A DNA stretch of 64,000 nucleotides from Eledone cirrhosa (Eukaryota), in NCBI GenBank assembly GCA_964016885.1, contig OZ024741.1, positions 310,310,001 to 310,374,000 on the forward strand. Reading direction: 5' to 3'. The position numbers and the translations under genes were made by a program. The notes below the pieces were generated by a model, which was not told where the DNA came from, did not search any database, and worked only from the letters and a program-made list of their open reading frames with translations. This document shows positions 28,157 through 40,766 of the stretch, piece by piece (the first letter of the stretch is position 1; each line of letters opens with the position of its first letter).

Positions 28157-31100
28157 TATAAAAGAAATGAATACAAGGAGTTTAAAACCGTTAAAACATG
28201 TTTATATAACAGTGCACCTACGTACGCTTCGCCCGGAATGGACTTATCAAGGGCATGGAAAACAAAAAAAATGATCAATACGCGACCCAGGAGGGGTTTT
28301 ACGGTTAAATTCACATCAGAGTTCATTCTTCGCCTACGTGCATGTACTGTTATTATCGCAGAGCAGGGGGAGTAACTCTGGCCGGTGTTCAAACAATCTA
28401 GTCCCACTTGGTTTTTTATAACATCCCTGGACGCACTCATTACCAAGATCAAGAATAACCCACACCTCTTCGTTACCTCTGACAAAACCAAGAAGTTGTA
28501 CAAGTTGGACGTGAGCAAGTACAAACAATTCATTTATAAAGAACTACACACAAATTATAAGAAAACACCTATTAGTACTTTAAATGACATAAATAGGGTA
28601 GGGAAGGATATAGTTACTAGCTTAGACATAGACAAGTACACCAACCCATATGTCCCTATCACAAATGTAACTTTAATGAAAACCCCTCTATTAGACTAAT
28701 ATGCCCCTCTACTTCGGATATAGGCAAAATTAGTAAAGTGATCGTAGAGAGAGTACTACTAGAACTTAATAACAAAGCAAAAGTCTGTCTTTGGAGCAAC
28801 ACCGACCAGGTCATTAATTGGTTCACAGAGTTACCCGATAAAACAACTCTCAAGTTCATCCATAGATGGCTACTACGCATCGATCTCCCCATACTCCTAA
28901 ATAAAGCGCTTATATTAGCTAAGTATAATACAAGCCTCACTAAGAAAGAAATAGATATAGTGCTCGCAGCGCGTAGAACTATTATCCAGTTCGAAGGCTC
29001 CTACTGGACCAGAACCAACCATCCTCATAACTTCGATATCACGATGGGGTCCAGTGACTCGGCGCAAGTGACCGACCTGGTCGGGATATACCTCCTCAAT
29101 AGACTTAGGGACGAGATACCGGCCCTACAGGGCGAGGTATATAGGGACGATGCCCTGTTTACAGTTAGAAGTCACAGCCCCCGCAGGATAGAGAACATTA
29201 ACAAGCGTATACACAGGTTCTTCAAGACATATGGCCTATCCGTGACTATGGACCTCAACCACCAGATAGTCAATTTCCTGGACGTAACCCTGGAGTTGAG
29301 CACGAGCCTATACAAGCCATACCATAAGCCCGGCGAGATTCTGTCTTATATAAACTATGCATCAAACCACCCTAAGTCTACTCTCAACTCCATAGTATAT
29401 AGCATATCCCATAGGATCTCGAGGCTCTCCGCCAATGAAGATATCTTCAACTAAGCGGCCGAATACTACAATTAGGCCTTACTAAATGCCGGATTTAACC
29501 GGAGAATCTCCTACATCCTTAGCGCTAGCTCTAGAAACATACCCCAACATAGTACTAATGTTATAGTAAGCCATACCTATAACAGAGTACGCTACAGCCA
29601 AGACAGAGTCAAGAACTATAGTATAGAGAACCACATTAGGGAACTTGGCCACACCGTTAATTACACGAGTGGCGACCAAGATAACCTACAGCATGGTAAG
29701 GGTTACCCGATTAGTAACGCCACCCGCTGCAGCCTATTAGAATTATTCCCTAACTATAAGATTAGCAACGGTGGCGGCCTATTACCAATACCATCCAACC
29801 CGCGTCTAGCCACACATAAAAATTACGGAAGGCAGGCGCGCCTACCCGAACATAAAGTAATGGGGACGCATAACTGGCTACAGCACAGTAACAACTGTAA
29901 GTACAGTCAACTAGGAAGCACAACCTGTAGCAAACTCACGGTAAAGCGGAAACGCCACCATAATATCCTATGGTCCCCCCGCCTAGTCTCGGAGTGTGGC
30001 CTCCGACCTACCGAGGATATTCTTCGAAGCCTTAGAGAAGAATTTCCCACCTAATCATAAATACAGGAAAGTGCTTAATAGGAACAATATCAAAATATCC
30101 TTCTCTACCACCCCCAATCTAGCAGACGTCATAGGAGCGACTAATCACAATAAGATCAACAAAACACGGCACCTTAGCACAGATACATCTAGACCCGACA
30201 ACAATACTAATAACCTTAACATCTCCCTAACAGCACCAAATAGTGTTGGTGACAGCCCCAGCAGACGAAACCCATGTAACCAAGGCGAGTCTGGGGAATA
30301 TACTGGTGACCCGCACGAGTTACCCACCGGCAACAGAACGGGCTGCGGCGTGCTGAGTGATAATGGTTCAATACCGCACGCCTCGAGATATAACAGTACC
30401 AATGACCGAGATAGAAACATAGATAACAACATAGGGTAGCAATAGTAATAGCTTTACTTCAGGAACTAGGAGCGACCGTGACAGAAAATGCAACTGTCGT
30501 GACAGGGGAGGCTGCACTCTCAGGGGAAACTGCCTGACTGATAAGGTTATTTATAGGTGCACCGTAACTAGTTATAATGGAGTTAAACACTATATAGGGG
30601 CCACCTCTGGCCAGTTTAAAACGAGATTTAGAACACATCTCCGCTCTTTCAGGAACAAAAAACTAAGGCACTCCACGTCACTTGCCAATTACGTCACCAC
30701 ATTACAAGACGCCAACATCAGCTTCTCCACACTCTGTGATATTGTCGGTAGGGCTACACCCTACAACTTCAAGAGGAAATGCCAGCTCTGCCTCATGGAG
30801 CTTTACTACATCATAAGAACACCCCACCAGCTCATAAACAGCCGAGCGGAATCAGTCATAAATTGTAAACACCGAGTGCAGGCGTCGTACTTTGCCTGGG
30901 AAGCGACTGCGGCATGAAAACTATAAACAAGGTCCCCCTGCCCTAACCTGCCGGTGAGCAGGTGTTATAAACAAAGGTCTGTGAACCAAATGTACATCCC
31001 AGACCCTGCTTCGAACAAGCATTAGTGAAGCAACACCCACTAAATAATAAATTGTGCATCCCAGACCCGACTTGAACTGGCATTAGTGAAACAGCACCCA

Positions 31101-31405
31101 TAATAATAAAAAATGCAAAACACCATCATATGAACAAGTATAAAAACACCGAGTGGGGACTAGATTGTTTGAACACCGGCCAGAGTAACTCCCCCCTTCT
31201 CTGCGATAATAACAGCAGATGCACGTAGGCGAAGAATGAACTCTAATGTGAATTTAAACCGTAAAACCCACCTCTGGGTCGCGTAATTGATCATTTTTTT
31301 TTGTTTTCCCATGCCCTTGATAAGTCCATTCAGGGCGAAATGTACGTAGGGTGCACTGTTATATAAACATGTTTTAACGGTTTTTAAACTCTTTGTAATT
31401 CATTT

Positions 31406-31410
<5 letters not shown>
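28157..31410 (+). mobile_element. Penelope-like element 2 with inverted terminal repeat, flanked by (TA)n on both sides
   Basis: 28157-28420 is the reverse complement of 31139-31410; both carry a variant HHR gccc-TTGATAA-gtcc/gggc-GAA(A/G)-(t/c)gtacg-TA-gg (28215-28255 minus, 31312-31353 plus). Confidence 0.92.
28421..30917 (+). pseudogene. PLE RT plus GIY-YIG endonuclease, disrupted
   Basis: SDKT, RLICPSTSDIGKISK, FDITMGSSDSAQVTDLVG, YRDD, VNFLDVTL, YKPYHKP; CNC....C...GNCL...VIYRC...HYIGATSGQFKTRF...KCQLCL. Confidence 0.9.
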
Positions 31411-31472
<62 letters not shown>

Positions 31473-31614
31473 AGTTGGTAGTTCACCACTGGATAGAATT
31501 GGTTATATTCCGTATAGTTAATCATGAATGCGATAGTAGGAAAAAGCACTCAACTTACGAAACTCATCCATCTCTGATATAAGATTCTGTTGGTGGTGCG
31601 GGAACGAGTTAATT

Positions 31615-31691
31615 ATCTCTCTATGTGTGTGTGTCTGTTTCCGCTTAACTTCTACAGATTCTTCAAATTTGGTACAAACATGCGTTATGCT
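31615..31691 (+). mobile_element. Possible Helitron/Helentron-type 5' end truncated by the gap
   Basis: tgtgtgtctgtttccgct...cttcaaatttggtaca motif reminiscent of DINE-1-like elements. Confidence 0.3.
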
Positions 31692-31891
31692 NNNNNNNNN
31701 NNNNNNNNNNNNNNNNNNNNNNNNNNNNNNNNNNNNNNNNNNNNNNNNNNNNNNNNNNNNNNNNNNNNNNNNNNNNNNNNNNNNNNNNNNNNNNNNNNNN
31801 NNNNNNNNNNNNNNNNNNNNNNNNNNNNNNNNNNNNNNNNNNNNNNNNNNNNNNNNNNNNNNNNNNNNNNNNNNNNNNNNNNNNNNNNNNN
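31692..31891. other. Assembly gap (200 N)
   Basis: Run of N. Confidence 0.99.
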
Positions 31892-32800
31892 GCCGGTGAG
31901 ACGTGGGACCGGCTGGGACTTAGCCCAATAGACGTCCCACCTCCGTCTCACGCTGCTGACATCAAGTCCCCCCAAAGCATTTGCGAAGCCATCCAGTGCA
32001 GCCCGGCTTCAGAGAGGCTCACGCACCAGCTCGACGAACACCGCCTTGCCTGTTTTCGTGCGGCCTCCAAACCCCACAGTGGTGCCTGGCTCCAGGCCCT
32101 GCACCCCTTCTCCACTGGCACGCAGCTAGATAACAATAGCCTGCGCATCGACGTTTCCTTGAGGCTCGGCCTCTGGATCTGCGAGCCACACCAATGTCGC
32201 TGTTGATCCACCAGACTCTTTCGGCCTCCACCCGCTCTCCTGTCGCGACAGTACTGGCCGCCTTGAACGTCATGCTGCCCTCAACGAGGTCATAAAGCAT
32301 GGCTTGGACGCTGTCGGCTTCCCTTCCCAGCTCGAGCCGTTGGGATGGACCGAGGGGACAGCAAAAGGCCAGATGACATGACCATCTTCCCGTTCCGTGG
32401 TGGCAAACCCCTCGTCTGGGATGCCACTTACACAGACACTTTCTCCAGTCGCAACCTGGTGCAGTCTGCGACTAAGCCAGGTTCTGCTGCACGTCGGGCT
32501 GAGGAGGCCAAACTGTTCAAATACCGGTCGCTCTCCGACAGGTTTGCGGTTTTACCCTTGACAGCGGAGACTTCTGGTATCCTCGGCCCTAGGGCTTCTT
32601 CCCTACTCACCACCATAGGCGCTGAGCTGACCAACTGCAGGTGTGAGCCCCGCGAGTTGGAATGGCTTTTCCAGCGCGTTTCCCTTGCCGTCCTCCGGCG
32701 AAACGCCTTCTCTATTCTGTCCACCGGGGCTGTGGGGAGGCCACAAATATGATTGACTGACTTGTCATTTCATCAGTCAAATTTTTTTAGACCCCAGTTC
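31892..32800 (+). mobile_element. CRE-clade non-LTR retrotransposon, 3' part (RLE domain), degenerate
   Basis: SGAWL, RH..LNEVIK, KRPDDMTIFPFRGGKPLVWDAT..DT, AEEAKLFKY, PLTAETSG, FQRVSLAVLRRNA. Confidence 0.85.
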
Positions 32801-33404
32801 TGAATAGGAACCAAGTTGACCAAGGATCCACAAAGTCTACAGGTCACCTCCACCCAAGTCACTGTTGACAGTTTTTAGATGATTTCATATTAGAAGAATT
32901 ACGAGCTCGACTAACAATAGAAATGATCCATCATCTATATCACATGTAAGTAGCAAACAATTCTGCAAATAAATAGAAAAGTTGTTGTTATATACAAAGA
33001 GACTATCCTAGTAAAAAGAAGGATATTTTAACGGGACACCCACTCATCACTTCTCTTCTATCTAGCACTGAAACCAATAACTGAGATACTGGACAAAACT
33101 AGACTTGAATATAAATGGTAAGGTAAGAAAAATATAAATCATTGTAAATGGAAAATCTAAAGCTGCATGCTGCAAACAGAAGTAATTTGAAATGCTGGTG
33201 GAAAGACTACATAGATTCACAAAGGAATTAAGCAGAACTTGAGAAAGCGAACATAATCTTTGATGTCCCAATAAGCACAGACGTTAAGATCAAAGACAAC
33301 TGATCCGATAATATAGGGAAACAACACAAAGAAAGAGTATTGCCTACTAACTGACGGATATATATATAAGTAGAAAACAAATTACTGGGATAGCCATGGT
33401 AAAT

Positions 33405-33600
33405 TGAATGTTCCCGAAATACGCCGACTTGTTCGTCAGCTACATCGAAGCTCAAATTTTCTCCCAGTATACTGCACCTACACCTGAGCTATACGGCCGT
33501 TACATCGAGTATTCTATCGGCGCCACTTCTTCCTTCCATGAACAGCTTGACTCCTCTCTTTCCTTTGTTCAGTCTTTCCAACCCACCCTTACCTCCATTA
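33405..33600 (+). pseudogene. PLE RT core fragment
   Basis: PKYADLFVSYIE...YGRYIEY (cf. P.YANLF..Y.E...RYIDD). Confidence 0.6.
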
Positions 33601-33639
33601 TCTTCTTAACTAGGTTTAACTAGGTATTCATAGCAAAGA

Positions 33640-34125
33640 CAGAGGGAGTAAAACAATTGCTCATGTTGTTCGTCGCAAAGATCAGTTGAAGGATGTATAA
33701 AGGATTACAAGAGAGCGTGCTAGAGAAAATCGTGAAATGGTCGAAATGGTAGTGGAACACTTACCCTGTGTTATGCTGAAAAGTAGGAGACATAGAGTAC
33801 TTATTATGAGAGAAATAGAGTACTTAGACGATAGAAATGACGATGAATGTGTAATGCTAATGTGCATGGACGACGCAGAAGTGAACTGAGAAGAAAACAT
33901 TATACAAGAGGATTTGAAAGTAATGTGAAAGGGAGAGAAGATTACTCTGGTATGGATATGTGATGCATATGGAAGATAGCAGCTGAACAAAGAAATGCAG
34001 AGCAATCGCAGTGGCTGGAACACGAGGAAAAGGCAGACCAAAAAAACTTGTGATGACAAAGGATCAAATGGGCTGGCCCTATCCTGTGTTAATGAAGACC
34101 CGACCAGGATCATAAAATATGACCT
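33640..34125 (+). mobile_element. RTE-like LINE 3' fragment, degenerate
   Basis: Ends with VAGTRGKGRPKKT...DP motif. Confidence 0.5.
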
Positions 34126-35974
34126 GGCCCATCCATGAACTACCTCCTCTCTCCTACTATACTCCCCCTATCTGTCCACCCCAATGAGGCACCACTACTC
34201 ATACACCCTCGAGAACCACTCACCCACTAAACACCTTAGATATCCTCACCATTAGCCAATTGTAGTTGCTTTCTTTCCCCATTGTTCACTCCACCCCTAC
34301 TAGCAAACCTTATCCCTCACTATCCCTTACCCATCTCTCTAACACCACCCCAATCTCTATCGACCACATTCTTCGCTACATCTCCCTCCCCGTACACTAA
34401 TCAATTATTCCGAACTCTTACTCATCCCTAACTCCGCTTCCTATCTCTCCATCACGCCCCATATCACCACCATGTTGACCACATCCCTCACACCACTACA
34501 CCCCATACACTAATCAGCAATTCCTACCCTTTACTCATTGGTCTGCCAAATACATCCCCAAACATACCTATAAACTCATTATTATCTCCCTCCCTTATTG
34601 ACCCTTCTCCAGATTTGAGAGGGTTCTGCAGTTGGATTTATGGCCAACATCCCCAGAGTGGTTGGTGAGAAGAGATACGTCCGCTGTAGATTCCATACAT
34701 AAAAGAATTGAGATAACCCTTTAGTTCTTTTAAAAACACAACCTCCTTAGTTCTAGCAATAAAAGCAATCAGTACACGCTGCAAAGCAGTTGGTGTTAGG
34801 AAAGGGATACGGTCGTAGAAAGTTTACTAAACAAAGGGTGAGTAGGACCCTTCAGTTTGTGTCAAAAAACAACTTCTCGATGGCCTGTCTGGTAGGTCAA
34901 TAGCCACGCTTCAGTAGTAATTTGTTCGATGTAATCCGGCCCAACACATGATGACATATACCTATGTATACACACACACTCACACAGAACCCCCCACCCA
35001 CACACACACATACATACATACATACATACATAGTCTACAAATGGCTACAAATGGCTGCGATAGTCTACAAATGGCTGCGATAGCTGGCACCTTCAAAATT
35101 TGCAAAACATTTTTGCGATTCAAGGGATGACAATTTCTTTTCTTTTACAACCTTGCCACCAGGAAGGTAGCCGATCATAAAAATATACTCGAAATTAAGA
35201 GAAAGAGATATCATACATACATACATACATACTGACTACTACGGGTATTAACTCCACGCCAACTATCTTTGTGGACCGCTACTGTTAGGTTGCAGGATCA
35301 GGTGCCAACATGACAGTATTTACCCAGTACCAGTAATGCACTGGGTAATTGCTGGCCTTGTGCCTAAAGTAGAAACAATTATTGAAAAGGAGACAAATAT
35401 TTGTGGACAGACAAGTAATTAAAGTATTCAATAAGTGAATAAGATAACAAATGAGTTATTATCTTACCAGCTGTTAAACTTGACTGCCATCTTAATAATA
35501 TAATAAGTCCAACAATAGAAAGGGACGACATTGCAAGCCGAGTTAAATTATAAATCGAAAGTGAGGAAAACTCAGCTGTTCTACATTAGCTGAAAATTTT
35601 GTCGGAGTGGCGTTTGTCACGGCGATGCTAACGGAATTATCGTTAGCGTTCAGTGTCACGAGACGGCGTGTGCACCGTTTGTGCAAAACTTCAGTAGATT
35701 ACTCATGTTCTATTTCATTATATAATTTGTTTACGAGGCGATAACTATTTTAGATTTAGTGTTATACATATATTTATTTATTTATTGATACAGAAAAGGA
35801 AGCGAAATAACCCTGTCATTTTCAGTTCTGTCGTAGTAGACGAAACCGAAAGGAAGAGATGTATTTTTCAGACATGCCCCGATTAGATCCAAACGACTTA
35901 AGTCTGGTAAAGGCGAACACATATTAGATGGTGATTTTAAACTATACGTAATGACAATCTTTTTGTTTCAGGGA

Positions 35975-36125
35975 ACGGTTATTATTTACGCCCCTTTACG
36001 ATCTGAGTTCAAATACGGCCGAGGTTAACTTTGCCTTTCATCCTTACGGGGCTGATAAAATAAAGTACCAGTAATGTACTGGGTAATTGCTGGCCTTGTG
36101 CCTAAAATAGAAAAAATTATTATTT
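35975..36125 (+). mobile_element. SINE family A, 5' truncated (tail-only copy at 35325-35385)
   Basis: gagttcaaatacggccgaggttaactttgcctttcatccttacgggg...aaaattatt. Confidence 0.78.
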
Positions 36126-36504
36126 GACGTACATGTGTGAAGACGTTACAAGTTTGCGGGAGAAAAGGTTCGTAATTTGAAGCTGTTTTCAAGTATTATT
36201 TTGCGTATTTTCTTGTCGATCACGGAGCATAAGGTACCCACCTAGGTTCCAAAGAGAGGAAACCTCTCAATATTCGGGCTTTAAGCCCGAATGTTCGTAT
36301 TTATTTAAAAAATCACCCCGCCAAAATCATGGACAATTGCGACCTTCAAACGGTAAACAACTTACAGGTCAAAAGGTCAAAACCAGCCACTACAGCTCCC
36401 ACTACTCCGAAAACTCGGCATCCATTGGCAATCACCTATGATGACAGCTTCCAAACAAAACACTATTTTCTTCATTAAATCCTTGAAATATATCATATTT
36501 AACT

Positions 36505-39450
36505 GGGTGATGTCTAAAAAATATCTAACTGATGAAATGACAAGTCAGTCAATCATATTTGTGGCCTCCCCACAGCCCCGGCGGACAAATAGAGAAGGCG
36601 TTTCTCGGAGAACGGCAAGGAAAACGCGATGGAAAAGCCATTCCAGCTCGCGAGGGTCACAACTGCGGCTGGCCAGCTCAGCGCCTATGGTGGTGAGAAG
36701 GGAGGTAGCCCTATGGCCGAGGACACCAGAAATATCCACTGTCAAAAGTACAACCGCAAACCTGTCGGTATTTGAAGGGTTTGGCCTCCTCAGCCCGACG
36801 TGCAGCAGAACCAGCGTTAGTCCCAGATTACACCAGGTTGCGAGTGGAGAAAGTGTCGGTGTAAGTGCAATCCCAGACGAGGGGTTTGCCACCACGGAAC
36901 AGGAAGATGGTTATGCCAACTGGCCTTTTGCCGTCCCCTTGGTCCAGCCCCACCGGCTCGAGCTTGGAAGGGAAGCCTACAGCGTCCAAGCCATGCCTTA
37001 GACCTCGTTGAGGGCAGCATGGCGTGGAATGCGGACGGCACTGCAGCGACAGGAAAACGAGTGGAGATCGAAAGAATTCACTGGGAATCCAAGCGACATT
37101 GGTGTGGCTCACACATCCGGAGGACAAGTCTCAAGGAAACGCCGATGCGCAGGCTATTGTTATCTAGCTGCGTGCCAGTGGAGAAGGAGGGCAAGGCATA
37201 GAGCCAGGCACCAGATGTGTGGTTTGGAGGCCGCACGGAAGCAGGCAAGGCGGTGCTGGTCGAGCTGGCGCGTGAGCCTGTCTGAAGCCAGGCTGCACTG
37301 GATGGCATCCAAAATGCTTTGGGCGGACTTGACGTCAGAAGGGGGAAGAAGAAGGAGGGACGTTTACTGGCTAAGTCCCAGCCGGTCCCACGTCTCACAG
37401 GCGGCCTCACGTTCACTGATCACAGAAGGTTCCAGTGTGTTTTGGAGAACCCTGCTGACGAGGACGTGGCATGAGGTTACCGACGAAAGAAACGCCGGCA
37501 AAGCCAGTAAGATCGGGGACCGGAGGCCAAGGCCGCCATACCTGACAGGTAAAGTGGTCTGTTGCCATCCAATGTAATCAAACCTGACGATGCATATCTC
37601 CTCGGCTGCTGCTCGAATACAAGTATCGAGATCAGCGAGGAGAGATGTGTGGGTGTAGCTCGTGTGGGTCTGGAGTTGTTGGAGTCGGGACCTGATGTTG
37701 GAGCGGATGGCTGGCAGGTGGATCGGTGACGCGAGGATGAGTACATCCGCTTTGGGGATCACCTGCACCTGGTGGAGAATGGACTGCACGTCCGAGACGA
37801 GGCTGCAAAGCTACCAGCATCGTGGCTGACATTCACCACCTCCAACTTGGACGAGTTGACCTGGAGGCCGATTCGCGCCAGGGCAGGAACCACCGATTGT
37901 AGGTCATGGCAGACAGTCTGTACGGGCCCGCCCAACGTAGCATAATCCAGGTACCAAACGTTGAGAAGGGCCATGATACTCCGGGCTATGAGGTCTATAC
38001 CAAGGGAAAACAGGAGGGAGCCCAAAGGACTCCCTGTTGGAAACTAGTGGCCGAAGGTATGACCGTATCAGTAGCAAGGAGCGTGCTCAGGGCTCCATAT
38101 GACGCGTAGGCCAGCGGATAGGCAGAGAGGGCTCGGCTGAGACAGGTATCGAGCAGATGGTTCCGGCGTATGCAATTAAAGGCATTCCTCATGTCAAGCT
38201 TGACAATGATGTGCCTGGAGTCCCTGGATGCCGGTTCCGGTGGGCAGCTGTTGATGAACTGCCTGGTTGCATGTGCGGCCCCCTCACAGCCAGCGGACAC
38301 GCCGACACCCAGTTGCACCGGATTGAACTCCTCACCCAATTCAGGTATTATGGACCTTGAGACCACCTTGGCAGACATCCTCCGGGAGACATTGCCCAGA
38401 GCGATGGGCGTATGCCACCCTCTTTCTTCCTGAGAGTCGTCAGGCTAGCTGAAAAAAAGAGGCATCGGGCGTGAGGGTCCATGGATAAGCCTATTGGTGA
38501 GTGCCACAATTGCACTCAGAATTCGGCGCCCGGCCTCAGCGGAGAGGGGGAAATGAAACTCCTTAGGGTGGCCTGGTCGGAGACCATAAGCACCTCCGCT
38601 GCTGCTAGCTGGGAAGGACTTGATGGCGGACATGATGTCTGCGTCGGAAGCCACAAGGAGCAAGTGAGGATCCGGTGGGGGTATTGATCTGAGGTCCGTG
38701 GGTGGTTCCGGGTGCTTGAGTCGCAGGGCAGCCAGGACCTCCTCGGTGGGTTGGAGGACAGTGTCCTATGAGGCAACCACTCTCGGTCAGCGCCAGAGCT
38801 GGGGAGGCCGCGGGTGAGTCGGGCGAAATAGAATAGTCGCTCTCAGTCGCTGGCTCGATTGAAGTCCAGGGCGCTCTCAATCGAGGAAGCGAGGGTATCG
38901 GCTACCGGCACCCGGGTCGCTCTCGGGATCCTGAGTGGGATCTTTTGGAGCCGCGAGGATTGGGCGTTAGACAAGCTCGCTGACTCATCTGGTCGTGTGC
39001 CAGACGGCCGTGGCTGGGCAGACGAGGGGAAGAGACAGTTTCTGCATCTCAACGCTCCGAGAGCACTGGAAGCTCGACATCAAGCCAACAGAGGTGAGGT
39101 GGTGGACGCAGCCGCACCTCGAACAGTTCCGGCCCCTCTTCCGTCTGTTCGCGGTGCTGCAAGTGCTGCAGGTGTCAACTGGTGGGGATTGCTGATTAGA
39201 TTGTTGGTGTACGCACATATGTGTTGTTGCTAATGTCACTGTTGCTGTCGTTGCCGTCCTCTTGTTAATGGTGGTGGTAGTTGAAACTGCTACTTATTCG
39301 GGCTGCCAGGCTGGTTGCTGGGGCTCGAATGCCTTCTTTCACCGAAGATATGGGGTCGTAGTTATTGTCACTGTTGCTGTCGTTGCCTTCCTCTTGTTAA
39401 TGGTAGTTATAATTGTTGGTGCTTCCTATATCGGCTGTCAAGCTGGCTGC
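36505..39450 (-). mobile_element. CRE-clade non-LTR retrotransposon, near full length, frameshifted
   Basis: N-terminal Cys/His cluster, SSGG..GLRP.H, QLGVGVSAGCE, KLDMRNAFN, WYLD, LPVRYGGLGLR, SGAWL, RLE motifs KRP.GITI...VWDCT; ~130 bp imperfect duplication at the 5' end (39230-39450). Confidence 0.87.
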
Positions 39451-39464
39451 TGTGAGTGACGCTC

Positions 39465-40170
39465 CAGTGGTGCCTGGCTCCATGCCCTGGCCTCCTTCTC
39501 CACTGGCACTCAGTTAGATAACAATAGCCTGCGCATCGGCGTTTCCTTGAGGCTCGGCTTCCGGATCTGCGAGCCACACCAATGTCGCTGTGGATCCACC
39601 ATGGACTCTTTCGGCCACCACCCGCTTTCCTGTCGCCGCTGTGCCGACCGCCTTCCACGCCATGCTGCCCTCAACGAGGTCATAAAACATGGCTTGGATG
39701 CTGCAGGCTTCTCTTCAAAGCTTGAGCCGGTGAGGCTGGACCGAGGGGGCGGCAAAAGACCAGCTGGCATAACCATCTTCCCGTTCCGTGGTGGCAAACC
39801 CTTCGTCTGGAATGCCACTTACAACGACACCTTCTGCAGCCGCAATCTGGTGCAGTCTGCGACTAACCCTGGTTCTGTTGCACGTCGAGCTGAGGAGGCC
39901 AAACTGTTCAAATACAGGTCGCTCTCCGACAGGTTTGCGGTTGTACCCTTGGCAGTGGAGACTTCTGCTGTCCTTGGCTCTAGGGCTACCTCCCTACTCA
40001 CCACCATAGGCGCTGAGCTGGCTAGCCTCAGGTGTGAGCCCCGCGAGTTGGAATGGCTTTTCCAGCGGGTTTCCCTTGCCGTCCTCCGGGGAAACGCCTT
40101 CTCTATTCTGTCCGCTGGGGCTGTGGGGAGGCCATCAATATGATTGACTGACTTGTCATTTTATCAGTCA
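39465..40170 (+). mobile_element. CRE-clade retrotransposon, 5' truncated (RLE domain)
   Basis: ORF 39547..40143: CRCG..D..GHHPLSC...RHAALN...KRPAGIT...AEEAKLFKY...PLAVET...QRVSLAVLRGNA. Confidence 0.88.
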
Positions 40171-40766
40171 GCCATTCCCCACAATTTGTTCTTACCTATT
40201 AAAGGAGATTAATAAAACATTTCCAAAAAGATGCACCCTTATTAAAATGAAGGCTTATTGTTGAAATGACTAAAATGGCCTTCTTGACCGAAGATGCGAG
40301 TCAACGTCTTTCGGCATCATTAGGTAGCACAACGGCAAATAAATATATTCTCTATTTCTTTTTCTCTCTTTCTAATCCGATTCAAATAATTATTTGGCAG
40401 TGAATCGATGTTCGCTATTTTTTTTAATGTTTCCATTTGTTTTTATTTCTTTCTCTCACTCTTCTCGTATATTTTGGTGCGTTAAATTTGTGAGGTTCCT
40501 ATCGATGGTTAATAGCATTTATTATTTGTGGTTATATTTCCATTCTAGGATGTATTCCATCATAACAGCACATTCTGCTTCCCAGCAGCATGTATTAAAC
40601 TGTGAATTAATGCCGCGAATGTTTGGGACGAAAAAGTATTTGACTATTGGGTAATCAGGCAATCCAAGCGTAAAATCATCAATGTAGATTAAACAGATCT
40701 TAAATAGAGCTTGGAGCAGATGTTACGTTGGGAGAACATTCGGACTACTATTACTACCACTGACAT

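Noticed and set aside
31590-31975. ORFs spanning the N run
   Set aside because: Artifacts of the assembly gap; adjacency across the gap is itself uncertain.
35872-35975. Mini-exon MPRLDPNDLSL with a ~65 nt intron
   Set aside because: The downstream acceptor leads into a SINE; no homology or continuing frame.
36269-36297. Hairpin aatattcgggct-tt-aagcccgaatgtt as a terminator or Helitron end
   Set aside because: No U-tract and no downstream CTRR at the expected distance; cannot be assigned.
40275-40330. Hammerhead-like motif on the minus strand (CTAATGA...gccgaa/ttcggt...GAAG)
   Set aside because: Core mismatches and no convincing stems I and III.
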